Positions 34,660 through 51,711 of a DNA stretch of 64,000 bases are shown here, piece after piece. The position numbers and the translations under genes were made by a program. Origin of the DNA: Vulcanimicrobiota bacterium (GTDB lineage: Bacteria > Vulcanimicrobiota > Vulcanimicrobiia > Eremiobacterales > Eremiobacteraceae); contig CAWDVP010000001.1 in NCBI GenBank assembly GCA_963805945.1, forward strand, positions 160,001 through 224,000, written 5' to 3'. Under the pieces are notes generated by a model. It ran no database searches, was not told the DNA's origin, and saw nothing but the letters and a program-made list of their open reading frames with translations. The first letter of the stretch is position 1. Every line of letters begins with the position of its first letter.

Positions 34660-35576
34660 TTGATGTCGCCGCGCTTGATCTTGTCGAGCTCCGATTGCGA
34701 GAACTCCGGCGCTTCGCCGTACACGATCGCCTCGGAGAAGGCGAGCTTCGCCTCGGTGAGGTTGTGGATCTTCAGATACACCTGGCCGAGCAGCGGCAGG
34801 CCGTACTGGCCGGCCTCGCCCACGTGGCCCTTGTCGAGTTCGATCGCCGTCTTGAGGTACTTGATCGAGGCGTCGTACTGGCCGAGGTCGTCCATGATCG
34901 ACCCGAGATGGTAGAACGCGTCAGGGATAGCTGGGCATCAGATTGGGGACGTCGATGAGGTAGGCGAGCGCGCGGTTCGGATCCTTGAGGTCCACCTGAT
35001 AGATGCTGGCGAGATACTCCCGCGCGAGCACGTCTTTGGGCGAGATCTGCAGCGCCGCCAGGAACTCCGCCTTCGCCCGGCTGGTCGAGTTCTCGCCAAG
35101 CCGGTAGATGCCCAGGCCTACATGCGCGGCGGCGAGGTTCGGATCGATCTGCAGGGCCGCGTTGAACGAGTCCCGCGCGTCCGGGCCGCGCGCGGTCTGG
35201 AACTGCGCCATGAACAGGTAGGTGTACGCGAGGCGCGTCTGCGCGAGCGCATCGCGCGGATTCTTGGCGACGGCCTCTTCTTCAGTGTTGGCGAGCGCGG
35301 TCAGCTCGTCCGTGCCGATGTTGCGCAGGGACGCGTTGAGGAACGACAGCGAGAACGAGTCGCTGGGCGCGATCGCGAGCGCGGCCTCGAAATCGCACTT
35401 CGCCTTGACGAAGTCGCGCGAGTAGAACGCGATGAGACCATCGCCGACGCGCGAGAGGAACGCGCGATCGTCGTACTGCGGAGCCTTGCGCCGCCTGAAG
35501 CGGCGCGCACCGCGGCGGGCATGCACAGCGCGCACGCGACGGCGGCGACGACGAGGGCGAGGCGGACGTTGTTCAT
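34656..35576 (-). CDS. Exported TPR protein (frameshifted)
   Basis: Signal peptide and TPR repeats across three frames. Confidence 0.7.
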
Positions 35577-35588
35577 CTTCTTCCTCTC

Positions 35589-36345
35589 TTACGCAAGCCG
35601 GAGTCGGCCACAGCGCCGTTCGCTCAAGATCGGCGGTAGGCTTGCCTTCGCGAATCTCGCCTGAACGGCATCCACATCATAGCCGACCCGGCGTATCTCC
35701 ACCACGCGCGCTGCGGCGTCGTAGACGCCGAACGACGCGTGCGGGATTCCGGTCGCGTGGTTGGCCCACGCTGCCGACGTTGACGATATAACGGAATTCG
35801 GGGACGATGTCGATTCGCCCGCCATGCAGGAGTCGCTGCTGAAAAGTCCTGCCCGCCGCGTCCTGGTAGTAGACTTCCGCCACGTGGCTATGCCCGACGA
35901 AGGTGAGGGGGCTTTCCGCCCGCTCGAACGCCCTGTGCGCGTCGTCCACGTTCATTATATAGTCGAAGTGCGCGACGGGCGCCCCGTGGACGATCGTGAA
36001 GCCCTCGAATCGGCGTTCCCTCGGCAGCCCCCGGAGGTACTCGCGGTTGGCCTCCGTCAGCTGCTCGCGTGTCCACTGCAGCGCCGCCTTCGCCTGGGGA
36101 TTGAAGCGCTCGTCTCCGACGCCGACCGCCGCGGCCTCGTCGTGGTTCCCGGCGATCGAGATGACGCTCCGCGCGCGCAGCAGGTCGCACACCTCGTTGG
36201 GGCTCGGGCCGTAGCCCACGATGTCGCCCAGGCAGAGCAGCGCATCGACGCGGATCTCGTCGATCGCGGCGAGCACCGCCTCGAGCGCTTCGAGATTCGA
36301 ATGGATGTCAGAGACGATGCCGTAGGTCAGCGCTGCGTCTTCCAT
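35589..36345 (-). CDS. Metallophosphoesterase (calcineurin-like)
   Basis: SDIHSN, LGDIVGYG, GNHD, HG, GHSH, NVGSVGQPRD. Confidence 0.9.
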
Positions 36346-36358
36346 CGATGCGCGATCG

Positions 36359-36946
36359 CTAGCGTTCGACGCTCAGGTCATCGACGACGCCTTTGACCCC
36401 GTGCACCCCGCGCGCGGTGTCGCGCGCGACGGTCCGCAGCGAAGCGGAAGGAACGCTGCCGGTGAGCGTCACGACCCCGCGATGCGCGCTCACGTGCAGT
36501 TTGAACGCGTTCACCCCGGTCTGTCCGGCCAACGCGACGGCGCACCTTCGCCTCAAGCGCGACGTCGTCGGCGATCTCGTTGCCCGTCGGCGCCTTCGGA
36601 TTGACCGCGATGATGAAGGCCGTGCCCTTCACCCCGTCGATCTTGCGCACCGCTTCCTCGAGCTGCTCGCGCTCTTGCAGTGCTGCGCACCTGTCCGGCC
36701 ATGCTCACGAAGCCCTTCGTGCACGACACCTTGATGAGCGACACGGTGGCGGGGTCGAGCTCGGTGGCTTTGGCGCGGACCTGCGCGCACAGCCATACGT
36801 CGCTCGCCGAGCGCTGAAATGGCCTGGCTGCGTCTGATCTTGGTCTGCCTTGCTGCAGGCGCTTGCACAGTGCGACGGCGAGCGCGCCTGCGAACGCGAT
36901 CGCGAGACGCCAGCCGAGCGATGACCCGTGTGTTCCGTCGTTCCAT
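36359..36946 (-). CDS. BON domain protein (OsmY-like; frameshifted)
   Basis: GVVTLTGSV...ARGVHGVKGVVDDL and an upstream second BON-like segment. Confidence 0.7.
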
Positions 36947-36951
36947 TCGAT

Positions 36952-38244
36952 TCACCACAATCCGTTGCTGCGCGTGAGCGGGAGCGCCTCTATCCTGGTC
37001 CCTGCCTCGAGCCGGCCGGTGCCGGCGGGGACGCGCACGAGCGCGTCCGCAAAACCGAGGATGTGCATCTGCGCGGACGTGCCCGTCAGCGGCGTCGCTT
37101 CCAGCGTGCCGGCGCCTGCCGCCAGCCGTACCGGCACGATGCGCTCGATCTCGCGCGCTCCGTCGATGGGCTCGCGCAGCCGCGCTTGCACGCGCGGCGT
37201 GTCGTCCGTTTTGTCGAACAAGCGCAGCAGGACCGGCTTGCCCAGCGTCTCGAGCATGACCACGCCGACGCCGGGTTCCCGGCGAAACCGGATCGAGCGA
37301 CTTCTCATCCTCGATGCCGACGTCGTCGGCCGCCTCTGCCGCGCCGCCGCTCCATGAGATCACACCTGGAGCGCCTGCGGCGGCGACGACCCGCGGCGTG
37401 TACGATCGAGTTCGCCCGACGCTCGATCCGGCCCGAGATGACGACTGCCGTCGCATTTCGTCGAGCGCTCGCCGCAGCACAGCGGCGAGATCTTCGCGGC
37501 GGTACGGCGACGAGGGGGACGCCCTGGGCGCCGCCGAACCCAGGGCGCGCAGAGGCGCACACCTCCGGCGCGATCCCATTGATGGCGTGTTTTTTCGCCG
37601 GCGCGCGGCGACTGCCCCGGCGCGGCGATCTCGTCGCCGCTTCACACAGGCCGAACGATAGACAGTTCGCCGGAGACGGGATCTCCATCACGGCCGCTCC
37701 CACGAGCATGCCGACCGCGCCTGCGGTCGAGCGCATCGCCGCGCGCGGCGAGCAGTTCCGCGCGGGCGACGTCGGCGCCACGCTGGGTCACATGTCCCTG
37801 CGCGGCCGTCGTCTCACGGATCTCGATCGGACCCGTCCGACTCAGATGCGGTTAAGCCCGCCTGATGACGCCGGCTGCGCGCCCTCGGGCGGCGCCCCGC
37901 GGATCGGCGCGCGCGTCGCCTCGCCGCGGCACAGGCCGCGCGCCGCCGTCGCACCCATGCGGACCTCGCCGAGCGATCGATCAACCGGATCGACGCGGCG
38001 CCGAGCGGCCTGCATGTCTTCGACGATGACGGCGAAGCCATCCAGCGCTCGAGCAGGTGATAGGCCAGCACATCCTCTTCTTCCGCCCGCACGGCATCCG
38101 CGGCGTACAGGCCCCGCGGCGGGAGAGCAGCCCGCCGCCGGATCTTCGCTCGACAGCGACATGCCGGATTCGGTGAGCGAGGACGGCGCAGAACCACTTC
38201 GTCCAAGCCAGACCACAGCGCCGGATGTCGTCGACCTTCTGCAT
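36952..38244 (-). CDS. moeA: Molybdopterin molybdotransferase (heavily frameshifted)
   Basis: ALDGFAV, I..GAP.PEGA, C-terminal TPLTGTSAQMHILGFADALV. Confidence 0.65.
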
Positions 38245-38372
38245 GACTTCCAGCCTCCAGTCTCCACGACGGGGCGCGGGCAACTCGATGCCAGTCGAGA
38301 ACTTTGTCGTTTGCTGCGCCCTAACAGGTCACCCGCTCCGCGTCGGCGACCAGGGCGGATCGTCGAAGACGG

Positions 38373-39467
38373 ATGGCTCCGCGTTTCTTCGACGACATGC
38401 TCGCGCGGGCATGCTCGCGGGCGCGTCTGACCTGCGCCTGGTCGACAAGTTACCGTCCAACGATGCGCGTGACGGCGACCTCGGCAAGCTCAACGACAAC
38501 ATCCTCGCCCAAAGAGGACATCGAACCGCTTCATCCGCCAGATGCTCAGCGACGGACGAGTCGAAGAGACCGTGGTCAAGGACATCGGCCTCGACCTCGC
38601 ATAACATCGACGACGTATCGCGCTTCCGCGTCGACGTCTGCTACGAACGCCGGCGCCTGAGCCGTGACTTCCGGGCCGTTCCCCTTGACCCCGCCCAGCT
38701 TCGATGAATGGATCTCTTCCAAGGACGTTCCCGGAGCTCCTCGCAGAATCCGCGCGGCCTCGTGCTGGTCACCGGCCCACGGGCTGCGGCAAGCGACGAC
38801 GCTTGCGGCGATGCTCGACTACATCAACCGGCCTGACGCCGCTACCACATCATCACCATCGAGGACCCGATCGAGTTCATCCACCCGCACCAGTCGGTCG
38901 ATCGTCGCAGCGCGAGGTCGGCCACGACACCACCGTTCGCGGCGGCGCTGAAGCAGGCGCTGCGCCAGGACCCGGACGTGATCCTCGTCGGCGAGATGCG
39001 CGACCACGAAACGATCGAGTCGCGCTGACCGCGGCCGAGACGGGCCACCTCGTTTTCGCGACGCTGCACATCGACAGGTGCGACCGAGACGGTCAACCGC
39101 ATCATCGACGTCTTCCCGGTCGACCAGCAGGAGCAGGTCCGGATCCAGCTCGGCGGCATGTTCAAGGCGGTGCTCGCCCAGTGCCTCATCCCGCGAGCGA
39201 GCGGCACGGACGGGTCTCCGCCATGGAGATCCTGCTCGGCACGCCCGCCGTGCGCAACCTCATCCGCGAGAACAAGCCCTCGCAGATCATGTCGACGATG
39301 CAGACGAGCGCGAAAGAAGGCATGCAGTCGCTCGAGAAGCATCTCACCGAGCTCGTCGTCGCCGGCACGATCACGCGCGACCGGCCATGGAGTATTCGTC
39401 ACATCCCGAAGAGCTGAAGCGCTCCCTGGGCGGGCCGCCGCCGCCGCCGCGCTTCCCCACGGACTAG
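38373..39467 (+). CDS. pilT: Type IV pilus retraction ATPase (heavily frameshifted)
   Basis: [64 protein letters not shown]. Confidence 0.88.
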
Positions 39468-40732
<1,265 letters not shown>

Positions 40733-41481
40733 CGCGGGACCGCCCGCCCTCGCCGTCCAATCGAGCCCGCACAGCGCACAACGCGGCGTCACCCGCGCAG
40801 CCCTTGTCGCCTGCGCTTCTCGGCATGGAGAATTGCCTGTGAGATCATTCTGGAGAATGCGCGCTCTTGGCGGCGATCACGATCGTCGCTGCGTCGCTTC
40901 AACACGACATACTCGAAAGCAGCGAGCATTCCGGCTGCGGTAAACCCAGCCACGGGCTTCACGCTGCATATCGACGCGAAGCAGCATTTCCGACAGCGAT
41001 CCGAACGCTATCGCCTGCATCGCTGGTCCCGGCCTGCAGCAGACGACATCAGGGAATGTCGGATCTATGGCACCGACGCTGCCGACGCGCGGCTAGTCGT
41101 CGGTACGAGGTCGTCGTACCTACGGCGATGTGGAAGACCTTCCCGCCACGGCAGGCGCTATCGAGCGTTACCATCGCACCGAGATCCCGAAAGTCTCGCC
41201 CACGCTCCCGGGCATGAGCCAGGAAGAGGCCAGAGGGTGATCGAGGGCATGCTCGAGAGCTACGGCAAAGTGTACCTGTTGTGGGACCCGACCACAAATG
41301 CCGCTTTGACGGGGCCGACCCTTCGTCTTCCCATCCTCAAATAGGCTTCGGATCCAGAGGTGAGCATTGCTCTCCTCCTTCTCCTACCGCTACTGCGAAC
41401 GTCTGTTCCTAGATCCTCGCGCGAGCGGAACCCCTGGTTCGCAGGCGGAGCCCACACAAGAACCGCGTAACATCTGCGCTC

Positions 41482-43083
41482 ATGGACACCAAAGATTCGC
41501 TCGCCGGAGTCTCGCTAAGCGCGCCGGCGCTTCCTCGTCAGGAAGAGATCGTGTCACCGGGCGCGCTTGCGTTCGTCGCAGGACTCGCGCGAGAGTTCGA
41601 GCCGGTGCGGCAGCGGCTTCTGGTGGCGCGCGCGGACCGGCAACGCGCTATCGACGCCGGAGAGATCCCGGACTTCCTCGCCGCCACCGCGCGCGTGCGC
41701 GCTGACGAATGGTCTGGCCCGGCGGCGCCGCTCGATCTCCACAACCGCCGCGTCGAGATCACGGGGCCGATCGACCGCAAGATGATGATCAACGCGCTCA
41801 ACTCGGGCGCGAACGTGTTCATGGCGGATTTCGAGGACGCGAACTCGCCGACATGGGAGAACCTGGTCGAGGGACAGGTCAATCTCATCGACGCGATCGA
41901 GCGAACGATCTCGCTCGAAACCCCTGGGAAGAGTACCGGCTCATCGAACGGCCGGCGATGCTCATGGTGCGCCCGCGCGGCTGGCATCTGACGGAGAAGC
42001 ACGTCGCTGCTCGACGGCGCGCCCGTCTCGGGCTCGCTCTTCGATTTCGGCCTCTACTTCTACCACAACGCGCGGCGGCTGCTGGAGCAGGGCAGCGGCC
42101 CGTACTTCTATCTGCCCAAGCTCGAGAGCCATCTCGAGGCGCGCCTGTGGAACGACGTGTTCAACTTCGCCCAGGACGCGCTCGGCGTGCCGCGCGGTTC
42201 GATCCGGGCGACGGTGCTCATCGAGACGATCCTCGGCGCGTTCGAGATGGACGAGATCCTGTTCGAGCTGCGCGATCATTCCGCCGGGCTCAACGCCGGC
42301 CGCTGGGACTATCTCTTCAGCATCATCAAGAAGTTCCGTAACCGCGCCGATTTCGTGCTGCCCGATCGCGGCCAGGTGACCATGACGGTGCCGTTCATGC
42401 GCGCCTACACGGAACTGCTGGTGAAGACGTGCCATCGGCGCGGCGTGCACGCGATCGGCGGCATGGCCGCGTTCATCCCGAGCCGCCGCGACGCCGCGGT
42501 CAACGACGCGGCGCTGGCGAAGGTGCGCGAGGACAAGCGGCGCGAGTCCGGCGACGGCTTCGACGGCACTTGGGTCGCGCACCCGGACCTGGTGCCGGTG
42601 GCGCGCGCGGAGTTCGACCGGGTGCTCGGCGAGCGCCCCAACCAGCTCGAACGCCAGCGCCCCGAGGTTTCGGTGAGCGCGCGCGAACTGCTCGATGTGC
42701 GCGTGCCGGGCGGGTCGCTGAGCGAGGCGGGCGTCCGCGGCGACGTCAGCGTGGGGATCCGCTACCTCGAGTCGTGGCTGCGCGGCGTCGGCGCCGCGGG
42801 CATCAACAACCTGATGGAAGACGTCGCGACCGCCGAGATCGCGCGCTCGCAGGTCTGGCAGTGGCTGCGGCATGGGTCGACGCTGTCAGACGGCAGGGCG
42901 CTCGACCGCGCCACCGTCGCGGCGATCGAAGATCAGGAGATCGCCGCGCAGCGCGAGGCGCTCGGCGCCGAGGCGTTCGCGCACAGCCGCTTCGCCGAAG
43001 CCCGGCGCATCTTCGACCGCGTCGCGCTCGATCCGGACTTCGTGGAGTTCCTCACCTTGCCGGCGTACGAGGCGCTGCCGTAG
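41482..43083 (+). CDS. aceB: Malate synthase A (frameshifts near 41930-42010)
   Basis: [59 protein letters not shown]. Confidence 0.95.
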
Positions 43084-43091
43084 ATTTCGGA

Positions 43092-43115
43092 CGGTCGAAT
43101 GAATTCGACCGCTCC
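43092..43115 (-). repeat. REP-like palindrome, family C
   Basis: CGGTCGAATGAATTCGACCGCTCC between convergent genes. Confidence 0.75.
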
Positions 43116-43116
43116 A

Positions 43117-44580
43117 TCACACCCGTATCCGCACCGTGTAGGCGAGCGTCGTCTTGCCGTTCGCGGGGATCTTGATCGTCCACGTCGCGGTGCCGCTCGA
43201 CGTCTTGACGTGCGGCTCCGTCTCGCTCTCGATCGTCCAGTCGCCGGGCATCGGCTCGACGACCTTGAGCAGCACCGGCGCATCCTTGGCGTTGCGCATC
43301 TCGATCTCGAACGAAGCCTCGTAGGTGCTGACGCCGTTGCTCGAGCCGAGCGTGTGCCAGTCGGTCTGCTTCTTCGTCGCCGTCACGTCGAACGACTCGC
43401 CCAGGAAGAGCCGCACCTTCTCCCGCCGCGGGGTGTGGTCGATGCTGTCCTCACCGACGAACTGCGCGTTGCCCTGCGAGTCGCGCTTGTAGATCCGCAC
43501 GATGCCCTTGGGCAGCGCGATGCCCAGCCCGCCGCCCTCGTTGGTGAACTCGATGTAGACGCCCGGCTTGAGCTTCTGGCCGAGATCGCCCGCCCGCTCG
43601 GTGTAGTAATACTCCTGGCCGCGCAGCTCGAGCGATTTCGTGACCGGAATGCGCGAGGCGGAGAGCAGCGCCACCTGTTTCGTCTGGTTGTCGGCGATCG
43701 ATGTCGGCCGGTCGAGCGTGTAGAGGTGATATTCGAAGAGGTTCTCGGTGCGGAACTGATCCGCCGTCTTGGCGAGCGCCGCCATGCTGCGGACCTCGTT
43801 TTGTCCACCCTCGCCCGCCGGCACGCGATTCACGTTGCCGGCCACCAACTGCAGGTGGGCGTTGTCGTACGACGCGCCGCTCGTGTTGGACAGCGTCACC
43901 AAACCGTTGAGGTCGAGCCGGTCGTCCGTCGCGTTGAGCGAGCCCACATAGTCGGCGCGCCAGGAAAGGCCGCCGGTGAGATAGTCGAGTTCGACCGTCT
44001 GCGGCCCCTCGAACGAATTGTCGAGGTCGGTCACCAGCGTCGGGCGATCCCGCAGGTTGGGCGGGATCGAGCTGTAGATGATGCGTCCGTCGACGCTCGT
44101 CTCGATGCGGTTGGCGTACTGCAGCACCACGCCGCCGGTGACGCTGAGGATCTTCGCCTGCTCGCGCGTCTCGACACCCGTCTTGTAGTTGGTGTGCACG
44201 ACGGTCACGTCGCGGCCGACGTTCTTCTCGAGCAGCTTCTCCGGGCTCAGCAGGTCGAAATCGAAGTTCTGCTCGATCACCGAGATCGCGCCGGGCGAGG
44301 TGATGCTGTGGAACAGCGCGGTCGTCGGATCCATGTTCGCGCTCACGTCGCGCAGCGCGAGCCGCTCGACGCCTTTGGGCAGCAAGATGCGGCGCTCGTC
44401 GCGGACAAGCGCGAGATTATCGTTATAGATGGTCAGCGATACGGCTTGTTGATCGGCAAGCGTGCTGGTGCGCTCTCCCGGCTCCGCCAGGACCGCGTGT
44501 TCGGGAACGGCGGACATGAGAAGCGCGCACAGCGCCCCGATCGCCGAGGGAAGAATCGACAGGGTCCGATGCTGGGACAT
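43117..44580 (-). CDS. Exported DUF4139-type protein
   Basis: Signal peptide; SLTIYNDNLALVRD, EQNFDFDL, YLTGGLSWRADY, EYHLY, LP.G.VR.Y. Confidence 0.8.
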   Translation of the reverse strand: MSQHRTLSILPSAIGALCALLMSAVPEHAVLAEPGERTSTLADQQAVSLTIYNDNLALVRDERRILLPKGVERLALRDVSANMDPTTALFHSITSPGAISVIEQNFDFDLLSPEKLLEKNVGRDVTVVHTNYKTGVETREQAKILSVTGGVVLQYANRIETSVDGRIIYSSIPPNLRDRPTLVTDLDNSFEGPQTVELDYLTGGLSWRADYVGSLNATDDRLDLNGLVTLSNTSGASYDNAHLQLVAGNVNRVPAGEGGQNEVRSMAALAKTADQFRTENLFEYHLYTLDRPTSIADNQTKQVALLSASRIPVTKSLELRGQEYYYTERAGDLGQKLKPGVYIEFTNEGGGLGIALPKGIVRIYKRDSQGNAQFVGEDSIDHTPRREKVRLFLGESFDVTATKKQTDWHTLGSSNGVSTYEASFEIEMRNAKDAPVLLKVVEPMPGDWTIESETEPHVKTSSGTATWTIKIPANGKTTLAYTVRIRV

Positions 44581-44644
44581 GATGCCCTCCTCAACCGCCC
44601 CTGTGTCGTGTGGGGCGGCTTGAAGGTTCAATGCCCGAGAACCG

Positions 44645-48023
<3,379 letters not shown>

Positions 48024-48026
48024 CAA

Positions 48027-48052
48027 GGGCCGATCTGAAGATCGGCCCCTAC
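48027..48052 (-). repeat. REP-like palindrome, family A
   Basis: GGGCCGATCTGAAGATCGGCCCCTAC. Confidence 0.8.
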
Positions 48053-48077
48053 ATCTACATCGTTCGTCGATGCGACC

Positions 48078-49572
48078 TTATTTGACGGCTTTCACCTGCG
48101 CTTCGGTCACCGCCGGCGCGTTGTTGCCCCACGACGAGCGGATGTACGTGAGCACGGCGGCGATCTCGTCCGGTTTGAGCGTGCCCTTCCACGCCGGCAT
48201 CACGCTATTGTACGTCTTTCCGTTGACACTGACCGCACCGTGCATGCCGTTGTCGAGCGTGCCGATGAGCTTGCTCGGATCTCCGGTGACGTACGGATTG
48301 CCGGCGAGCGGCGGAAACGTGCCGGGCAGCCCCGTGCCAGCGGCATTATGGCAGCTCGCGCAATTCGCCGCGTAGATCTTCGCCCCGTCGGGACCTGCTG
48401 AGGTCGTCGTGGCGCCGACGGTGGCCGCAGGTGCCGGCGTCTCCGGCGCCGCGCCGTAGCCGAGCACCGGGGTCTGACCGATCGGATTGGCCTTGACCTC
48501 TTCGCCGATCTTGCCGGCGGTGTACGCGCTCAGCCAGACGATCACGATGATCGACACCGCGGTGACGCCCATCATGAACGGGCGCTTGTTGATCGCGCGG
48601 CTCGGGTTGCGGTCGATCCATGGCAGCAGGATCAGCGCGGTCACGAAGGCGCCCGGCAGCACGACCGTCGCGACCAGATTGAGGATATCAAGCGGGATGC
48701 GCAGCAGCCCGGCGACGATCGGAGCGACCCGCAGCAGTCCGTACAACTCGTAGAAATACCACGCGGGCGCGGGCGTGAACGTCGCGTTGTTCGGGTCTGC
48801 TTTGTCGAGCAGCGGCGCAGGCATGAACCACGACAATCCGACGATGACCAGGAATACGATGAACGAGACGAGCGTGTCCATGAAGATCTGGTCGGGATAG
48901 AAGCGCCCGACCGTCTTCGGCTTCTCGTCTTGCGGCGGTCCGGCCGCGCCGTTGTGCCGGAAGATGAATAGATGCAAGCCGACGAGGCCGATCAGGAACG
49001 GCGGCGTCAGCCAGACGTGGATGCCGAAGAAGCGGCCGACCGTGAGCGTGCCCAGCGTGGCGCCATCGTTGAGGAAGTACGCGATCTGCGGGCCCCATGA
49101 TGGGCACGCTCGCCGCGATATTGATGCCCACCTGCGGTGGCGAAGTACGCGTTGAGATCCCACGGCAGCAGGTAGCCGGTGAAGCCCATGACGAGGGTGA
49201 AGATGAACAGGATGACGCCGACCACCCACTGGACCTCGCGCGGCCGCTTGTACGCGCCGAAGACGCAGCACCTGGAGCAGGTGCACCGTCACCAGGATGA
49301 TCATCGCCGAGGCGCCCCAATAGTGCAGGCTGATCATGAACTGGCCGAAGGTAGACGTGCTGGTAGATGAACTTCGTCGATTCCCACGCGGTGAGCGACG
49401 ACGGCGCATAATAGAATGTCAAGAACATGCCGGTGATGATCTGGATGGTGAGCGTGATGAGCGTCGCGCTGCCGAAGACATACCAGTACGCGGCTCCTCC
49501 TGGGACGTCTTCCGTCAAGAACTCTTTGAGCGCCGAGACGACGCCGGTGCGTGATTCTATCCAGCTGATCAT
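48078..49572 (-). CDS. Cytochrome b (with subunit IV region) fused to a C-terminal cytochrome c (frameshifted)
   Basis: [36 protein letters not shown], then CASCH..FPPL..MPAW. Confidence 0.88.
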
Positions 49573-49585
49573 ATGCGGTCGCTCC

Positions 49586-50262
49586 TCACGAATACGAGAC
49601 GATCATGCGTGACGGCGCGTTCGCCGCATATTTCACCCACTCGACCTCGGCGATCCCCGCTTGTTCGCGGAACGGCACCGGGTCCAGCCCGCGCGGTGAT
49701 GGGCCGATGAGCTGGCCCTGCGCGTTCCTCATGTGCGCGCCGACCTTGTTGAACTGCGAGCCGTGGCACGGGCACAGAAACGCCTTGAGGCCGTCATCCC
49801 AAGCGTACTTGCAGTTCAGATGCGGGCAGAGCGAGCTGAACATCACGAAGCCCATGGTGACGACCTCGAACGGCACGCTGCCGCCGCCCTTCACATCGAA
49901 GAGATCGGGGCGCTGCTGCTTGAAGTTCTTCTCTTCTTCGGCAGTCATATGGATGCCCCAGACGTAGTAGTCGTTGTCGCTCACCAGGTAGCCGTCGGCG
50001 ACGCCCTTCTTCACGAAGTTGATCTTGACGGGCTTGTCGAGACTGGTCTGGAGCGCCGCGAATTCATCTTTCGGCAGAGGGTGACGCAGCCCTTGTTGGC
50101 GTTGATCAGTTCGGGCTTCGGCCACAGCCCCGCGCCGATCGGGATCACCAGACCCAAGCCGACCGCGCCGCCCATGACGATCGTCGCCTGCGCCAAGAAC
50201 CGGCTCCGGCCGATCTCTTCGGGTCCGTCCCCGTCAACCTTCGCGTTTGCGTCTTGCGACAC
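49586..50262 (-). CDS. Rieske iron-sulfur protein (frameshift near 50085)
   Basis: Tat-like GRSRFL plus TM; CPHLNC and CPCHGS. Confidence 0.9.
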
Positions 50263-50438
50263 GTGTGTGTACCTCCGAGCGTCAGCGTCGTGGGCGCGCA
50301 CGAGAGCGCGCCACTTCATGCTCCACGATAGCGTGCTTGCGCGCAAGGCTTGGCCCTCGAGCGCGAACGAACCTCTGTTCTTTCGCGCTTCCCGGCGCCG
50401 GAGGTCGGCGCAGGCGATGAGACAAAAGTCAGAGCGCT

Positions 50439-51233
50439 GTGGATAGAGAGACGATCCATGCCGCCGCGCGCGAGCAGTTCGGCGCGGTGGCAGAGCACTA
50501 TGTAGCAGAGCCCGCGTCATGCCGCCGGCGACGACCTGGCTCGGCTCGTCGAACTCGCGGCGCCCCGCGGGAGCGAGCGGGTGCTCGACGTCGCCACCGG
50601 CGCGGGGCACACCGCACTCGCGTTCGCACCGCACGTCGCGGAGGTCGTGGCCTGCGATCTCACACCGCGCATGCTCGAGCTCGCGCAGACGCTCGCCGCG
50701 CAGCGCGGCGCCGCCAACATCACCTTCGTCCAGGCGCCGGCAGAGGCGTTGCCTTTCGAGGCCGCGAGCTTCGATCTGGTCACGTGTCGCATCGCGCCGC
50801 ATCATTTCGCCGACCCGGACGCGTTCGTCCGCGAGGTCGCACGCGTGCTCAAGCCGGGTGGGCGCTTCCTGCTCGACGACCAGATGGCGCCCGACGATCC
50901 CGACCTCGACGCCTTCTTCAACCGCTTCGAGAAATGGCGCGATCCCAGCCACGTCCGCGCGTACACCGTCGCCGAGTGGCGCAGCTGGCTCGAGGCGGCC
51001 GGGTTGCGCGTCGGACATGTCGAAGAGCTCGAGCGCGGCTCGTACGATTTCGCGGACTGGACCGCGGCCTCGAAGATGCCCGATGCCTCGCGCGCGGCGC
51101 TCGAACGTTTCTTGTGCGACGCGCCGGAGCGCTGCGCCAGGTTCTTCAGGATCGAGCGGGAAGGCGAGCGCGTACGTTCCTTGCGCGGCTGTTTCGCGCT
51201 CATCACGTCACGGCGTGTGGAGGATGCCCATGA
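50439..51233 (+). CDS. Class I SAM-dependent methyltransferase (frameshifted)
   Basis: VLDVATGAGH, AEALPF, FDLVTCRIAPHHF, RVLKPGG, RDPSH. Confidence 0.88.
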   Translation: MDRETIHAAAREQFGAVAEHYVAEPASCRRRRPGSARRTRGAPRERAGARRRHRRGAHRTRVRTARRGGRGLRSHTAHARARADARRAARRRQHHLRPGAGRGVAFRGRELRSGHVSHRAASFRRPGRVRPRGRTRAQAGWALPARRPDGARRSRPRRLLQPLREMARSQPRPRVHRRRVAQLARGGRVARRTCRRARARLVRFRGLDRGLEDARCLARGARTFLVRRAGALRQVLQDRAGRRARTFLARLFRAHHVTACGGCP

Positions 51234-51709
51234 TCTCCGTGCTATTCGCGCTGCTCCTCACGGTCGCGGCGCCGGCGAGCCCGAATCTGGTGCAGCAGCA
51301 CATCGCGGACGCGCGCAAGGCCATCGACGCCGGCAACACCGCCTACATCGCGACGCAGCAACGCGGCGACGCGAAGGCGTTCGCGGCGCTGTACGCCGAC
51401 AACGCCGCGAGCATCGGCACCGACGGCTCGGTGACGCGCGGCAGAGCGGCGATCGAAGCGGCCGCCGCTGCGTCGCTCGCGAGCAGCACGTTCCTGCGGG
51501 GGACGATCACGACGACCGACCTTGCGGTCGACGGCGATACCGCGTATGAAGAAGGCACGTACCTCTTCACCATCAAGCCTAAGAACAAACCCGCGGCCGA
51601 CTATACGGGGCGTTATTTGACGATATGGGCGCGCCAGCCGGATGGCGCCTGGAAGATACAGACGGACACCGGCTTCGCCGCGCGGCCATGCACCGGAGGG
51701 GCGAAGTGA
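51230..51709 (+). CDS. Exported NTF2-like / DUF4440 protein
   Basis: Signal peptide; GD..A.AALYA, GR.AI, GRYLTIWARQPDGAWKI. Confidence 0.8.
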   Translation: MISVLFALLLTVAAPASPNLVQQHIADARKAIDAGNTAYIATQQRGDAKAFAALYADNAASIGTDGSVTRGRAAIEAAAAASLASSTFLRGTITTTDLAVDGDTAYEEGTYLFTIKPKNKPAADYTGRYLTIWARQPDGAWKIQTDTGFAARPCTGGAK

Positions 51710-51711
51710 CG

